NCBI GenBank assembly: GCA_965205855.1
Contig: OZ242184.1
Span: forward strand, 992,001 to 1,056,000
DNA: 64,000 bases
Direction: 5' to 3'
From: Thermodesulfobacteriota bacterium
GTDB lineage: Bacteria; Desulfobacterota_D; UBA1144; Nemesobacterales; Mycalebacteriaceae
Part shown: piece after piece, positions 43,327 through 54,857 of the stretch
Position numbering within the stretch: the first letter of the stretch is position 1
Layout: every line of letters starts with the position of its first letter
Notes under the pieces: generated by a model
Database searches by the model: none
Told to the model about the DNA's origin: nothing
The model's input: the letters and a program-made list of their open reading frames with translations, nothing else
Position numbers and translations under genes: made by a program

Positions 43327-44625
43327 CTACGCCCTCTTTCTTCTCGAAACGGGAACAAAGTCTCTTTTGCTTTTTCCGCTGTATACCTGACGCGGACGAG
43401 CTATTTTTGTCTCTGGATTTGTGAGCATTTCCTCCCACTGCGACAGCCATCCGGCGGTTCGCGCAATTGCAAAAAGAACCGTAAACATGCTGACCGGAAG
43501 ACCGAGACTCTGGTATATGAGCCCGGAATAGAAATCCACATTCGGATATAGTTTCCGTTTTACAAAATAGTCGTCCTCAAGAGCGATTTTCTCAAGTTCA
43601 AGAGCTATGTCAAGAAGCGGATTTTTGCCAACCTTGTTAAAAACCTTGTGTGCTATGTCTTTTATGATTGAGGCGCGCGGGTCGTAAGCTTTATAAACCC
43701 TATGACCGAATCCCATGAGACGGAACTCGCCTTTTTTCGCTCTTGCTATGTAGGCAGGAATTTTTTTCTTGTCGCCTATCTCGGCAAGCATTTGTAACAC
43801 CGCTTCATTTGCTCCTCCGTGAAGAGGCCCGTAGAGGGCGCTCACGGCGGCTGCGGTCGCGCTGTAAGGGTCTGGTAGACTGCTTCCCGAATCTCTCATA
43901 ACGCTTGTGCTACAGTTCTGCTCATGGTCTGCATGAAGGATGAAAAGCACGTCTATGGCCTTTTCAACAACAGGGTCGGGCTTATACTTTTTCTCACTCA
44001 TCCTGAACATCATGTTCAGAAAATTGCCCGTGTAACTAAGATCGTTGTCGGGGTGAACATACGGCAATCCCATTGCGTGCCGGTAAGAAAACGCCGCGAT
44101 TGTGGGCATCTTGGCTATCAACCTGTGAATCTGAAGCATGCGGTTTTTTTTATCATCAACGTTTTTGGCTTCCGGATAGAATGTTGAAAGCGCCGCTACC
44201 GTGCTCATCATCATTCCCATCGGATGGGAATCGTAGCGGAAACCGTCCATAAATTTTTTGATGTTTTCGTGCAGAAACGTATGGTGGGTTATTTCGTAAA
44301 CCCACTGGTCATACTGGTTTTTATCAGGCAATTCGCCATAGAGCAACAGATATGCGACTTCAAGAAAACTGCTCTTCTTTGCAAGTTGCTCAATCGGATA
44401 CCCCCTGTATCTGAGGATACCCTTCTCTCCGTCAATATAAGTTACGGCGCTTGTGCATGACGCTGTGTTTGTAAACGCCGGGTCGTAACTCATCATCCCG
44501 AAATCATTTTTATTGATTTTAATCTGCCTCAGGTCAGAGGCCTTTATGGTATTTTTTTCAACGGGAATATCGTATTTACGTCCCGTTCTGTTGTCCTTAA
44601 CCGTAAGAGTGTTTTTTTTAGGCAT
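43327..44625 (-). CDS. gltA: Citrate synthase
   Basis: LHADHEQNCST, GPLHGGAN, MGFGHRVYK, YPNVDFYSG. Confidence 0.97.
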   Translation of the reverse strand: MPKKNTLTVKDNRTGRKYDIPVEKNTIKASDLRQIKINKNDFGMMSYDPAFTNTASCTSAVTYIDGEKGILRYRGYPIEQLAKKSSFLEVAYLLLYGELPDKNQYDQWVYEITHHTFLHENIKKFMDGFRYDSHPMGMMMSTVAALSTFYPEAKNVDDKKNRMLQIHRLIAKMPTIAAFSYRHAMGLPYVHPDNDLSYTGNFLNMMFRMSEKKYKPDPVVEKAIDVLFILHADHEQNCSTSVMRDSGSSLPDPYSATAAAVSALYGPLHGGANEAVLQMLAEIGDKKKIPAYIARAKKGEFRLMGFGHRVYKAYDPRASIIKDIAHKVFNKVGKNPLLDIALELEKIALEDDYFVKRKLYPNVDFYSGLIYQSLGLPVSMFTVLFAIARTAGWLSQWEEMLTNPETKIARPRQVYSGKSKRDFVPVSRRKRA

Positions 44626-44759
44626 TTGTTTATCTCCCTCCTTCCTAACAGCCAAAAGCAACCGGCCACAAAAACCGCTTGAATAACGGCCCGACCAGTT
44701 TAAAATCAACTTTTGCAAGCTTAACCGCAATAAGGCGTTTTATCAACACGGCAAACGCT

Positions 44760-47063
44760 TTAATCAAATTCCACAAGGGCCGGGGCAATGCTTTTGAGAC
44801 AGTCCACAAGCAATCTTTCGATGTCTGGTTCCCTTGTTTGAAGCATGAGTTCATTCCTCAAACCGGAAAGAATATCGCCGTTCACTCGGTTTGCGAGAAA
44901 CCTGACCACCGGAATCCTGTAGGGGGAAATACTAAGATTTTTGTATCCAAGGGCAAAAATCATAAGGGCGCCTGTTGAAGAACCGGCAAGTTCACCGCAG
45001 ATTGAAACTTCCATTTTGCTTTTTTCAGAGCTTTTCCTTATGGAATCAAGAATACGAACAACCGCGGGATGAAAATACGTGTAGAGATGCCCGACCGCGT
45101 TTGAATTTCTGTCAACCGCGAGCAAATACTGGACAAGGTCGTTTGTTCCGACCGAGACAAAGTCAATAAGACTTGAATATTCCTCAAGAAGCGGAACAAG
45201 AGCGGGAACCTCAAGCATTACTCCAAGCGGAGGAATTTGCTGCTCGGGAAGCCCTATTTCAACCGCAAGATCGTCCATAATCTGCTTTGCGGTTTCAACC
45301 TCCCAGATGTTTGAAACCATTGGAAGCATAATTCTAAGCCGGGCGCCCGCCAGAGAGGCGAGCAGTATGGATTTAATCTGCTCCCTGAAAAGATCAAGGT
45401 ATTCCATTGAAAAACGTATTGCCCTCAAGCCGAGGAGCGGGTTTTCTTCTTCTGGAATGTTGAAATACGGAAGCACTTTGTCAGCTCCTATGTCAAGAGT
45501 TCTGACCGTCAGACATCCGTCGAATTTGCCTGACATATTGCAATAAATCTCAGTTTGTTCACTGATTCCCGGCGGTTTCTCAAAACGGGCAAACGCGAAC
45601 TCGCTCCTGAAAAGCCCGACATCCCTGACCCCATAGAGCAAAGCCGTTTCGGCATCATTGGGAAAGCCTATGTTTGCGGTAAGCGATATTCCAAGCGCAC
45701 TGCCCGCTTTTGCGTCTTCGGACTCAAAAAGATGGCGCATTTCCTCAAGTTTTTTCCCGCTACTTTCATATTCGCTTATGAGAATTTCATCAGGATTCAC
45801 AAAAACAAAACCCGTCCTCCCGTCCACGATAACGCGCTCGCCGGATTTGATAAGCTCGCATATGTTTTCTATTCCGATAACGACCGGAATTCCAAGCGAC
45901 TTGGCAATGATGACCGAATGCGAGGTCTCTCCGCCTTTTTCCGTTACCACGCCCGCGATTCTGTTTTTCCCGAGCATTGAAACAAAAGAGGCGCCTATCT
46001 CCCGTGCGACCAGTACGGTGGAATCGAGAGACCCATTTGCCTCAAAACTTCCCACGGACTCTTCTCCGACAAGTTCGTGAAGCAGTTTTTCCCCTATCTC
46101 TCTGAAATCCTGGGCCTTCTCTCTGACATACCTGTCCGACTGATGTTCAAATCTTCCGGCAATGGACTCAATTCCCTGAACAACCGAGGCTTCGGCGGTA
46201 AGGTTTTTCTCCTCAATAAGAGAAAGAATTACACCGCTCAGAGAATCCGGGCTTTTGCTTGAGAGAAGCATCAGGTGGGCTTCAAAAATCTCCAGGTCGC
46301 TTTGAGAAAGAATGTCGTCTTTTCTCAAAACCCCTATCATGCCTTTCATATCCCGTTCAACCCTTGAGAGCGCATTAAGCAGGCGTTTTTTCTCATCTTC
46401 GGGAGACTGATGGGAAGAGGTGTCAGACCCTATGCGCCTGAAAAGCCCGCTGACAAGGAAAGCGCCGCCAACCGCGACTCCGGGAGAGACGCCTTTGCCT
46501 TGATATGTTCTGGTTTGATGCTCAAGAATTGCCGGGGTATGCAGGCGGTCGAGAGTGTCCGCAACTTCAAGAAGCCCGGCAAGGCGGGACGCTATAATCT
46601 CAAAAAGAGTCTGCTCCGCCGGTGTTATGTGGCGTTTTTCACCCGTCTGACCGACAAGCACGCCCATGCAACAATTGTGAAGGACTATGGGAACACCGAG
46701 ATAGCATTCGTATTCTTCCTCTCCTATGCCGGGAATTAGTTTATATTTCGGATGCTGCGACGCATTCATTGACACAAACGGACGCATGGTTTGAAATATC
46801 ATTCCCGCCAAGCCCTCGTCGCTTGTAAGCGTTATACGTTCTTCCAGCTCGCAATGAAACCCGGTGTTTGCCATGAGGCTCAGTTTTTTGTTCTCTCTGT
46901 CAATGATGTATACTGATACGACTTTGAAATGAAGCGATTCGCTTATCTTATTCACCACACCCTTGAGAATAGTGTCCAGTCCGGTGGATTTGTTTACAAA
47001 ATCGCTTATCTCCTGAACTATTCTGAGATGAAGATGTTCTTTATCGACGGCGGTTTGCGACAT
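44760..47063 (-). CDS. ptsP: PTS enzyme I-Ntr (GAF + PEP-protein phosphotransferase)
   Basis: N-terminal GAF, GGETSHS phospho-His, RTLDIGADK, EENPLLGLR, GTNDL, ICGE. Confidence 0.92.
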   Translation of the reverse strand: MSQTAVDKEHLHLRIVQEISDFVNKSTGLDTILKGVVNKISESLHFKVVSVYIIDRENKKLSLMANTGFHCELEERITLTSDEGLAGMIFQTMRPFVSMNASQHPKYKLIPGIGEEEYECYLGVPIVLHNCCMGVLVGQTGEKRHITPAEQTLFEIIASRLAGLLEVADTLDRLHTPAILEHQTRTYQGKGVSPGVAVGGAFLVSGLFRRIGSDTSSHQSPEDEKKRLLNALSRVERDMKGMIGVLRKDDILSQSDLEIFEAHLMLLSSKSPDSLSGVILSLIEEKNLTAEASVVQGIESIAGRFEHQSDRYVREKAQDFREIGEKLLHELVGEESVGSFEANGSLDSTVLVAREIGASFVSMLGKNRIAGVVTEKGGETSHSVIIAKSLGIPVVIGIENICELIKSGERVIVDGRTGFVFVNPDEILISEYESSGKKLEEMRHLFESEDAKAGSALGISLTANIGFPNDAETALLYGVRDVGLFRSEFAFARFEKPPGISEQTEIYCNMSGKFDGCLTVRTLDIGADKVLPYFNIPEEENPLLGLRAIRFSMEYLDLFREQIKSILLASLAGARLRIMLPMVSNIWEVETAKQIMDDLAVEIGLPEQQIPPLGVMLEVPALVPLLEEYSSLIDFVSVGTNDLVQYLLAVDRNSNAVGHLYTYFHPAVVRILDSIRKSSEKSKMEVSICGELAGSSTGALMIFALGYKNLSISPYRIPVVRFLANRVNGDILSGLRNELMLQTREPDIERLLVDCLKSIAPALVEFD

Positions 47064-47131
47064 ATTGAAATCCGCCTTAATTATACCGGCAAAAAACAAG
47101 CGGGTTGAAACCCGGCCTTACGGCAACAGAA

Positions 47132-48526
47132 ATGAAAAAAGCAAACAAAGAACTTCGCGTGGCAATTATAGGCTCCGGCCCCGCAGGCTTTTACAGCTCT
47201 GACAGGCTATTCAAAAAAAGCCCCGTTCCCGTCAAGATTGATATGTTCGACCTACTTCCGACTCCTCACGGTCTTGTAAGACACGGCGTCGCCCCGGATC
47301 ACCAGAAGATAAAAACGGTCGCAAAATTATATGACAAAATCGCTTCAAACCCCGCTTTCCGGTTTTTTGGACTCGTGGAATTCGGAAAGCACATAACCCT
47401 CGGCGACCTTAAAAAAAGATACAACCAAATGGTTTTCGCGACCGGAGCGCAAACGGACAAAAAAATTGACATACCGGGAGAGGACATTCCCGGAAGTCAT
47501 ACGGCCACAGAGTTTGTCGCATGGTATAACGGCCATCCGCATTCATCTGAACTTGACTTTGATATGTCATGCGAGCGGGCTCTGGTAATAGGCGTCGGTA
47601 ATGTCGCGGTTGATGTGGCAAGGATTCTGTGCATGAGACCGGAGGAGCTCTCAAAAACTGACATAGCAAATTACGCGCTTGAAAAACTTGCCGCGAGCAA
47701 CATAAGGGAAATCTACATAATCGGAAGAAGGGGTCCCGCACAGGCGGCATTCACAAATCCGGAGCTGAGAGAAATTGGAAAACTTGAAAACACCTGCGTC
47801 AGGGCGCGTAAAGATGAGGTTGCTCTCGACTCTCTAACCCGCGAGATTCTTAAAAACAACCCCGACGTACCAACGGAAAAAAAACTTGAGATACTCCGCG
47901 GTTTTGTCGAAAACACGGCCGGTGGAAAAGAAAAAAACCTGTATCTTAGATTCCTGCTCTCCCCCGTCCGCATAGATGCCGGTGAAAACGGCAGGGTTTG
48001 CAAAGTGGTCCTTGCCAAGAACAAACTCGTAAAAAACAATGAAGGAAAAATCATCGCGGTCGCAAGCAACCGAACGGAAGAAATAGAGGCTGGTCTTGTG
48101 TTCCGCTCCATTGGATACAGGGGGATCGCGCTCAGGGATGTTCCGTTCGACATCTCCGCAGGCGTAATTCCGAACAGTTCGGGCAGAGTACTTGACAAAC
48201 CCGGCGGAGAAACCGTTGAGGGGCTTTATACGGCGGGTTGGATAAAAAGAGGAGCCACCGGCGTAATTGGAACAAACAAAACAGACTCCGCGGAAACAGC
48301 GGATTCAATGATTGAAGACTTTGCAAATGGTGTTTTTATCAAGAGCGAATTTGCGGAAAACCCCATTGAGACACTGCTTGAGAAAAAAAATCTGAACTAT
48401 GTCAGCTATAACAAATGGTCGCTGCTGGACAAGCACGAGACCGAACAGGGACGGAAAACCGGAAGACCGAGAGTCAAATACACAAGCATTGAAGACATAA
48501 TAAAGGCAATGGAAACTGACATTTAG
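47132..48526 (+). CDS. Ferredoxin--NADP+ reductase (FprA/adrenodoxin reductase type)
   Basis: GSGPAGFY, GVAPDH, WYNGHP, GVGNVAVD, GRRGPAQ, GWIKRG. Confidence 0.92.
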   Translation: MKKANKELRVAIIGSGPAGFYSSDRLFKKSPVPVKIDMFDLLPTPHGLVRHGVAPDHQKIKTVAKLYDKIASNPAFRFFGLVEFGKHITLGDLKKRYNQMVFATGAQTDKKIDIPGEDIPGSHTATEFVAWYNGHPHSSELDFDMSCERALVIGVGNVAVDVARILCMRPEELSKTDIANYALEKLAASNIREIYIIGRRGPAQAAFTNPELREIGKLENTCVRARKDEVALDSLTREILKNNPDVPTEKKLEILRGFVENTAGGKEKNLYLRFLLSPVRIDAGENGRVCKVVLAKNKLVKNNEGKIIAVASNRTEEIEAGLVFRSIGYRGIALRDVPFDISAGVIPNSSGRVLDKPGGETVEGLYTAGWIKRGATGVIGTNKTDSAETADSMIEDFANGVFIKSEFAENPIETLLEKKNLNYVSYNKWSLLDKHETEQGRKTGRPRVKYTSIEDIIKAMETDI

Positions 48527-50511
48527 ACACGGCGCAGCTTCAGTTTTCGTTTCAAGGGGTCAACATTTATCACAACCACCGTTATGTTTTCCCCTTCATT
48601 CAAAAGACCGTTATCTGCGCCGTGAAGCGGAAACTCGGAAAAATAATCCGTAAGCCAGACAAAAATCCTTCTGTCTGTAACGCGGGAAACAATGGCTTTC
48701 AACTTCCGGTTTTTCTCCATGTTTCTGAAATACTCGCAAAGCCAAAACCTCTTTCTGCTTCTCTGCGCGGCTCTTCTTGAGTGAATACTCGGTTCGGTAT
48801 CGGAGATAACGCTTAAGATGGAATTTTCATCAAGAGCCGCGTAGAATCCCAATTCCGACATTATCTGCCTCTGGACAACCAGGTCACGGTATCTTCTGAT
48901 TGGAGAAGTCACCTGCACATAGCAGTCAACACCGAGGGAGCGATGCCAACCCGGCAAAACACCAAGGGAAGATGGAGCAAGCATCCTTAAAATGCGCACG
49001 GAGAAAAGAGGGTCGTCAGGGTCAATCTCTCTTGCCTCCCGAAGCACCGGTTGCGTCTGAAGGCGGAAGATTGCGGGAACTTCCCTGTCTCTTAGAAAAA
49101 CCGCGGAAAGGTGATTTGTCATTATCATCAATTCGGAAACGACTTCATGGGAAACCATATCCGTGTTTGACGGCGCGACTTCAACATTGCCATGCAAATC
49201 CGCTTTAATTTTCAATTCAGGAACCTGAACAATAAAAGCACCCCTCTCAATCCTTTTCTGTTTGAGAAACCGGCATATTCCGGCGAGTGTTTTCCATTTG
49301 GGCGATGATTGAAACAACCTTTCCGCACCTTCATAACTTATGTTGCTGTTCACAGAAATTTTTGACGCCGTGAAACGGAAATTCTTAATCTTGAAAGTCT
49401 CCATATCAAAGGTTACAAGAAGCGAAAGGGTGGCACGCGAAAATCCCTCAAACAGGCTGAGTTTTCTTTTTATTAAATCATTCGGGAAAATATCCACCCT
49501 GCGTTCGGGCAGATACATGGTTTCCGCCATCCGGAGCGCGGAGCGGTCAAGGTGGCCTTCGGGGGTGATATGAAGAGCCACATTTGCTATATGTATGCCG
49601 ACACGGGCTTCGCCCCGCGACAGTTCAACGGAAATCGCGTCATCTATATCCTCGGTCGTCTCCTCATCAACTGAAATTGTTTCAAGCTCCGTCATATCCT
49701 CAAGAAAACCGGGCAGGGAACTGTCGGAAAGAAGATGTTTCGATTCCTCAAGCGCCTCCGGAGAAAAACTCTCATTTATACACGCCTGAATCATGACTGG
49801 GTCGGACCCCTCGGGCAGGTCTCCGGTTTTTACGAGAAACTCGATAGCTTCGTAAGGGTCTCTGATTCCCGCCGCCGAAAGAATCCTCCGCGCATCCGGG
49901 AAGGCGGGAGAATCTTCAGCGCCTTCTATGCAAGCCATAAAGGCTTTCACGCACACGTCTCTGTCAAAACCTTCGGGTTCCAGGGGCTCGCCGCGGAGAA
50001 CGGACTTTATCCATTCAACCGATAACTCCCGCTGCCTGAGCGCTTCAACGCGTTTTTCAAGCTGCAAAAGCGTCTTTTCAACACATCTTACCGGAAGCGG
50101 CAGATAGCCGTCTCCATACCTTTTGAAATAGACCGTGTCTTTGTCAACGGCCCAGAAAAGTTTTAGCGCCTCCATGGGGACGGTTTCCCGTTCCACGCCA
50201 TATACAGACAGGATTTCATCAAAAGAGACAACCTCTCCGGCGCCGGCAAATTGTTGCCAGAGGGCTTTCAAATCAAAATCTTTTTTTGACTCCTCAAGTT
50301 CTCTCCTGAGCCGCCTCATTTCCATCTTGCGCTCATGTTCGGAGATTGTGCTAACCGCTATCTCCGTGAAGCGGACGACCTTTTTATCGGGAACGGACAT
50401 CTCCCTGCCTTCTTCGGAGAAAACCTTCAGAACTCCACATTCCTCGGAAAGAAAAACCCCGCAACAGGGCTCTCTCCTCTTCCTGAAAATTACGATTTCG
50501 CCGGGTTTCAT
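48523..50511 (-). CDS. RNB-domain ribonuclease (RNase II family)
   Basis: SVDEETTEDIDDA, TSPIRRYRDL, C-terminal S1-like domain. Confidence 0.9.
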   Translation of the reverse strand: MKPGEIVIFRKRREPCCGVFLSEECGVLKVFSEEGREMSVPDKKVVRFTEIAVSTISEHERKMEMRRLRRELEESKKDFDLKALWQQFAGAGEVVSFDEILSVYGVERETVPMEALKLFWAVDKDTVYFKRYGDGYLPLPVRCVEKTLLQLEKRVEALRQRELSVEWIKSVLRGEPLEPEGFDRDVCVKAFMACIEGAEDSPAFPDARRILSAAGIRDPYEAIEFLVKTGDLPEGSDPVMIQACINESFSPEALEESKHLLSDSSLPGFLEDMTELETISVDEETTEDIDDAISVELSRGEARVGIHIANVALHITPEGHLDRSALRMAETMYLPERRVDIFPNDLIKRKLSLFEGFSRATLSLLVTFDMETFKIKNFRFTASKISVNSNISYEGAERLFQSSPKWKTLAGICRFLKQKRIERGAFIVQVPELKIKADLHGNVEVAPSNTDMVSHEVVSELMIMTNHLSAVFLRDREVPAIFRLQTQPVLREAREIDPDDPLFSVRILRMLAPSSLGVLPGWHRSLGVDCYVQVTSPIRRYRDLVVQRQIMSELGFYAALDENSILSVISDTEPSIHSRRAAQRSRKRFWLCEYFRNMEKNRKLKAIVSRVTDRRIFVWLTDYFSEFPLHGADNGLLNEGENITVVVINVDPLKRKLKLRRV

Positions 50512-50512
50512 T

Positions 50513-52153
50513 TCATTTGGACTTTTTAAACTTGAGAGAGGCGGCTATAAAGTCGCGGAACAGAGGATGTGGGTTAAGCGGAGTTGAAAGAAATTCCGGA
50601 TGAAACTGACAACCGACAAACCATGGGTGTTTTTTCAACTCAACAATTTCAACAAGGGAAGAGTCCGGTGATTGCCCGCTGACCTTAAGACCCGAGGAAT
50701 CAAAAACGGCCATGTAACCATTGTTGAACTCAAGCCTGTGTCTGTGCCGCTCGGATATGCGCATTTTTCCATATGCCCCTCGGGCAAGCGAGCCTTGTCG
50801 CAATACGCACGGATACGCTCCCAACCTCATCGTGCCTCCCATTGTTTTGATATTAATCTGCTCTTTCATAAAGTGAATAACGGGATGCGGGGTGTCGGAG
50901 TCAATCTCGCTTGAGTTGGCATTTTTCATCCCGCAAACATTTCTCGCAAACTCCACAACCGCCATCTGCATTCCGAGGCATATTCCAAAGAAAGGAATAC
51001 CCTTTTTTCTCGCGTGTGTTATCGCGCTGACCTTGCCTTCGTATCCTCTTTCGCCGAAGCCTCCGGGAACCAGAATGCCATCCAATCCTTTGAGAAGAGA
51101 AGAATTTTCGCTCTTGATTTCTCCGGAATCTATGTATTTTATTTCCGGTTCGCACTCGTTTGCCATCCCTCCGTGAACAAGAGCCTCGTGAAGACTCTTA
51201 TAGGTATCGGTATGGCGTCCGACATATTTCCCCACAAGTCCGATCTTGACGGTTGTGGATATTCTGCCGATTCTGTCAAACATCTTACGCCATTTGGTCA
51301 GCAGAGGATTTCTTGTCCATATATTCAGATGATGAGTGACTGTTTCATCAAGCCCTTCCGCATTAAGTATTAAAGGTACTTCATAAACGGAATCCGCGTC
51401 TTTCGCAGATATGACGGAGTCCAAATTCACATTGCAGAAAAGTGCGATTTTTTCCTTTATGTCATACGGTATCTGCGCTTGGGTACGACATAAAAGCACG
51501 TCGGGTTGAATCCCTATTTTGAGCATTTCTTTTACACTGTGCTGCGTCGGCTTTGTTTTGAATTCTCCCGAATGAGCGGCGTAGGGAACATATGTCAGAT
51601 GTATGAAAATCGTGTGCTCCCTTCCAAGTTCCAACCTTATCTGGCGGACCGCCTCAAGGAACGGGAGGCTCTCTATGTCTCCCACCGTGCCTCCTATCTC
51701 AACTATCACAACATCCTTTCCGCCGTTCTTGCCGAGCGCTCTTATTCTGGATTTGATTTCATCGGTAATATGGGGAATCACTTGAACCGTTTTGCCGAGA
51801 AATTTTCCCTCCCTCTCCTTGGTTATAACGGAGTTGTAGACCGTTCCGGAAGTGAAGTTGCTTTCGCGTGTGAGTTCCGCTTTCGTAAATCTCTGGTAGT
51901 GCCCGAGGTCAAGGTCCGTCTCGGCTCCGTCATCGGTAACAAACACCTCGCCATGCTCATAAGGGTTCATTGTTCCCGGATCAACATTTATATAAGGGTC
52001 AAGTTTCTGAACTGCGATGCAAAGTCCCCTGTTTTCCAGCAGGGTGCCGAGAGACGCAACCGCGATTCCCTTTCCGAGAGATGACATTACGCCGCCGGTA
52101 ACAAACACATATTTCACGGACTTTGATATTGTTTTCGTTTTTTTGGCGTTCAT
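50513..52153 (-). CDS. pyrG: CTP synthase
   Basis: [32 protein letters not shown]. Confidence 0.98.
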   Translation of the reverse strand: MNAKKTKTISKSVKYVFVTGGVMSSLGKGIAVASLGTLLENRGLCIAVQKLDPYINVDPGTMNPYEHGEVFVTDDGAETDLDLGHYQRFTKAELTRESNFTSGTVYNSVITKEREGKFLGKTVQVIPHITDEIKSRIRALGKNGGKDVVIVEIGGTVGDIESLPFLEAVRQIRLELGREHTIFIHLTYVPYAAHSGEFKTKPTQHSVKEMLKIGIQPDVLLCRTQAQIPYDIKEKIALFCNVNLDSVISAKDADSVYEVPLILNAEGLDETVTHHLNIWTRNPLLTKWRKMFDRIGRISTTVKIGLVGKYVGRHTDTYKSLHEALVHGGMANECEPEIKYIDSGEIKSENSSLLKGLDGILVPGGFGERGYEGKVSAITHARKKGIPFFGICLGMQMAVVEFARNVCGMKNANSSEIDSDTPHPVIHFMKEQINIKTMGGTMRLGAYPCVLRQGSLARGAYGKMRISERHRHRLEFNNGYMAVFDSSGLKVSGQSPDSSLVEIVELKKHPWFVGCQFHPEFLSTPLNPHPLFRDFIAASLKFKKSK

Positions 52154-52758
52154 TTTGATATTTTACACAGGCATTCGGTAACTTTCTTCGCCGCTCTCGC
52201 CCTGTGGCTCACAAGGTTTTTTTCTTCGGGTTCAAGCTCCGCCACTGTCTTGGCCAAAGACGGAAGAAAAAACACGGGATCGTAGCCGAATCCGCGATTG
52301 CCTCTTTTCTCCTCCGCTATCTCCCCTTCACACACGCCGGTTGAGGTTATTTGCCAGCCATCTGGCAACATCAGCGTCAGGCAACATACAAAGCGCGCCC
52401 GCCGATCCCTTGCGCCTTTGAGCTCGGACATTAGCTTATCCACATTTTCACTATCCGTAGAATTTTCTCCCGCGTAACGCGCGGAGCGAACCCCGGGTCT
52501 GCCATCCAGACAATAAACCTCAAGTCCGGAATCATCCGCAAGAACGGCGCGACTTGAGTTCGCGCAAAAAGCCTCAAACGCCGCTTGTGCTTTGATGAGA
52601 GAATTTTCTGCAAAAGTCGCGCCCGTCTCTTCGGGTAAAACTCCCGCCGGAAAATCCTTCAGAAAAAAAACCTTTTTGAAGACTCCGCTCAGCAAAAAGG
52701 CAAACTCACGCGCTTTACCTTCATTGCCGGTTGCCACTATAACTTCGTTAAAACTCAC
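52150..52758 (-). CDS. rdgB: Non-canonical purine NTP pyrophosphatase
   Basis: [30 protein letters not shown]. Confidence 0.95.
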   Translation of the reverse strand: MSFNEVIVATGNEGKAREFAFLLSGVFKKVFFLKDFPAGVLPEETGATFAENSLIKAQAAFEAFCANSSRAVLADDSGLEVYCLDGRPGVRSARYAGENSTDSENVDKLMSELKGARDRRARFVCCLTLMLPDGWQITSTGVCEGEIAEEKRGNRGFGYDPVFFLPSLAKTVAELEPEEKNLVSHRARAAKKVTECLCKISK

Positions 52759-52777
52759 AGAGATATTCCGTCAAAAC

Positions 52778-53126
52778 TGGTGGAGGCGGCGGGAATTGAA
52801 CCCGCGTCCGCAAAAGAGAATAACCCAGCTTCTACATGCTTATCCCGCCGTGATTTAACGGAAAAAGTTGCCGGCGGGCGGGCGCTTTTTCCGCTTTTCC
52901 GAGAGTTTTCTCACCGTTCGCGTCCCGGAAGCACGAACAGGCCAGCCTGCTGGATGCCGCCTCACAAAACCCGCAGGCATTGTCTCATGAGACGTTGCGG
53001 CGTTAATTAGGCCGCGAGTGCGTTAATTGGTTCGCCATTTGTAAGCGACAGGTCAGTTTAACGAGTTAGCCAAGCTCGGCATGCGGCATGAGCTGTCTTC
53101 AGATACGTCGAAGCCAGTTCGCCCCC
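52778..53126 (-). ncRNA. ssrA: tmRNA; tag (A)GEPINALAA at 53036-53007
   Basis: 5' GGGGGCGAACTGGCTTCGAC, 3' GGGTTCAATTCCCGCCGCCTCCACCA; directly downstream of smpB. Confidence 0.95.
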
Positions 53127-53139
53127 TAATGGGATTTGA

Positions 53140-53168
53140 ATAATAATGCAGAGGACGGTTTATTTCAA
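53140..53168 (-). promoter_or_regulatory. ssrA promoter
   Basis: TTGAAA-17bp-TATTAT. Confidence 0.55.
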
Positions 53169-53242
53169 GAGGAAGACCGGCGGTATACTCAAGCGCGGTC
53201 ATTCGTTTGGTTTGTCCGCGGTACTTTTGCCGCACAATCGGA

Positions 53243-53698
53243 TTACCTTCTTTTGAGATTTCTTTTCATTGCTCTTTCCATCTCTCTATCAGCTTCGCGC
53301 CGTTTTATATCGGAGCGTTTGTCGTAAAGTTTTTTACCTTTGGCAAGGGCAATTTCCACTTTGGCAAATCCGCGGCGAAAATAGACGGCCGTTGGCACAA
53401 TGGAGTATCCCTTTACCTGCGTCTTGCCGGTGAGCTTGTCTATTTCGCGTTTTTTCAGAAGCAGTTTCCTGTCGCGACGAGGCTCATGGTCAAGCACACC
53501 GGCAGCCTCGTAGGGAGCGATGTAACTGCCCACAAGATGAACTTCCCCATGCCGGGCTATAGCATAACTCTCCTTTATGCTCGCCTTTCCGTTGCGAAGC
53601 GACTTAACTTCGGAACCCTTCAGGACAAGACCCGCTTCGAATTTTTCCTCAATGTGGTAGTCCCTGTGAACCGTGGGATGTTTGCATACCTGCTTCAT
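53243..53698 (-). CDS. smpB: SsrA-binding protein
   Basis: EAGLVLKGSEVKSLR, RKLLLKKREI, GKKLYDKR. Confidence 0.97.
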   Translation of the reverse strand: MKQVCKHPTVHRDYHIEEKFEAGLVLKGSEVKSLRNGKASIKESYAIARHGEVHLVGSYIAPYEAAGVLDHEPRRDRKLLLKKREIDKLTGKTQVKGYSIVPTAVYFRRGFAKVEIALAKGKKLYDKRSDIKRREADREMERAMKRNLKRR

Positions 53699-53731
53699 TT
53701 AAATCATCCGAGATTGCGGATGAGAGTGAAC

Positions 53732-54184
53732 TTATACAATTTTTTCGCTGTCAAGCATTATAGTTACGGGACCGGAGTTCACAATATGCACTTCCATATC
53801 AGCCCCGAAACACCCTTGAAACACTTTCAGCCCTTTGTGCGCAAGAGATGAAACAAACATATTGTACAGACCTTCCGCCCTCTCAAAACTCTCCGCCCTG
53901 TCAAAAGACAGCCTGCCACCCGCGCCGCAATCCGCATAAAGAGTGAACTGGGAAACCACAAGAGCATCACCGCCGGATTGAGATATGTTCCGAGTCATCT
54001 TCCCGCCGGGATCATCCGAAAAAATCCGCAGAGAAGCAACTTTGCCCGAGAGGCGCTCAACATCATCCTCTCTGTCACCTTTTTTGACTCCGACAAATAC
54101 AACAAAGCCCGCACCCGTTCGGGCGACTGTCTTGGAACCAATGTCAAGACGTGAGTTCTCCACTCTCTGAACCACGGCTCTCAT
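53732..54184 (-). CDS. dtd: D-aminoacyl-tRNA deacylase
   Basis: MRAVVQRV, SQFTL, FGADM, NSGPVT. Confidence 0.95.
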   Translation of the reverse strand: MRAVVQRVENSRLDIGSKTVARTGAGFVVFVGVKKGDREDDVERLSGKVASLRIFSDDPGGKMTRNISQSGGDALVVSQFTLYADCGAGGRLSFDRAESFERAEGLYNMFVSSLAHKGLKVFQGCFGADMEVHIVNSGPVTIMLDSEKIV

Positions 54185-54200
54185 AAAACAAAATCCGCAA

Positions 54201-54857
54201 TCAGTAGAAAGTTCCCGCCACTCCAAGAACTGTGGCAATAAAACTTACCGGAGCAAGGTCTTCAATTGTGTCCAGACTTGTGTTGGCTTTTAAAATTGTG
54301 TCTTTCGCGGCAATATAGAGATCTTCTTCGTTAACAAGTTTTCCAATCGTGCCGTCTCCTTCATCCACTTTGGTAAGTATGGAATTGAGCCTCGCTGCAA
54401 CCTGTGAAGCCTCGCTCATAAACTCCCCAGCGTCCTCGATAATTTTGTCAAAATCGCGCGGGTTTTTGCCATGCAGGGAAACACCTGGCCCCAGAGGTAG
54501 CCCACTCAGATCGCCAAGAGAAAGATTGATATAACTTGTTCCGAGAAGACTGCCAAGTCTTATGGATGCGACCGTATTTTCATTCAGGGGAATGTTTTTC
54601 CGCAGCCTGACTCTCACATCTATTTTGTCACCGCTTTCGGAAAAACCGATGCTTTTCACATTCCCGACCCTGACGCCTTCCATTTTTACAAAAGAGCCCT
54701 CTTCAAGCCCGGCGACCGAGTCAAAGTAGATACTTAAATCTCTGTAACCCGAAGTAAAAGGCATAAAGCCCGTGAGCTCAAGCGCGAAGAGAAGAGCCAG
54801 AATTCCCGCGAGAAAAAAGCCCCCTACTTTCAAATCATTTTTCCGTCTGTTCTTCAA
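54201..54857 (-). CDS. mlaD: MCE/MlaD family protein
   Basis: N-terminal TM, GL..GS.V..GV.VG.V, SLLG..YI. Confidence 0.88.
   Translation of the reverse strand: MKNRRKNDLKVGGFFLAGILALLFALELTGFMPFTSGYRDLSIYFDSVAGLEEGSFVKMEGVRVGNVKSIGFSESGDKIDVRVRLRKNIPLNENTVASIRLGSLLGTSYINLSLGDLSGLPLGPGVSLHGKNPRDFDKIIEDAGEFMSEASQVAARLNSILTKVDEGDGTIGKLVNEEDLYIAAKDTILKANTSLDTIEDLAPVSFIATVLGVAGTFY

Noticed and set aside
52780-53235. Short ORFs over the ssrA region
   Set aside because: Explained by tmRNA
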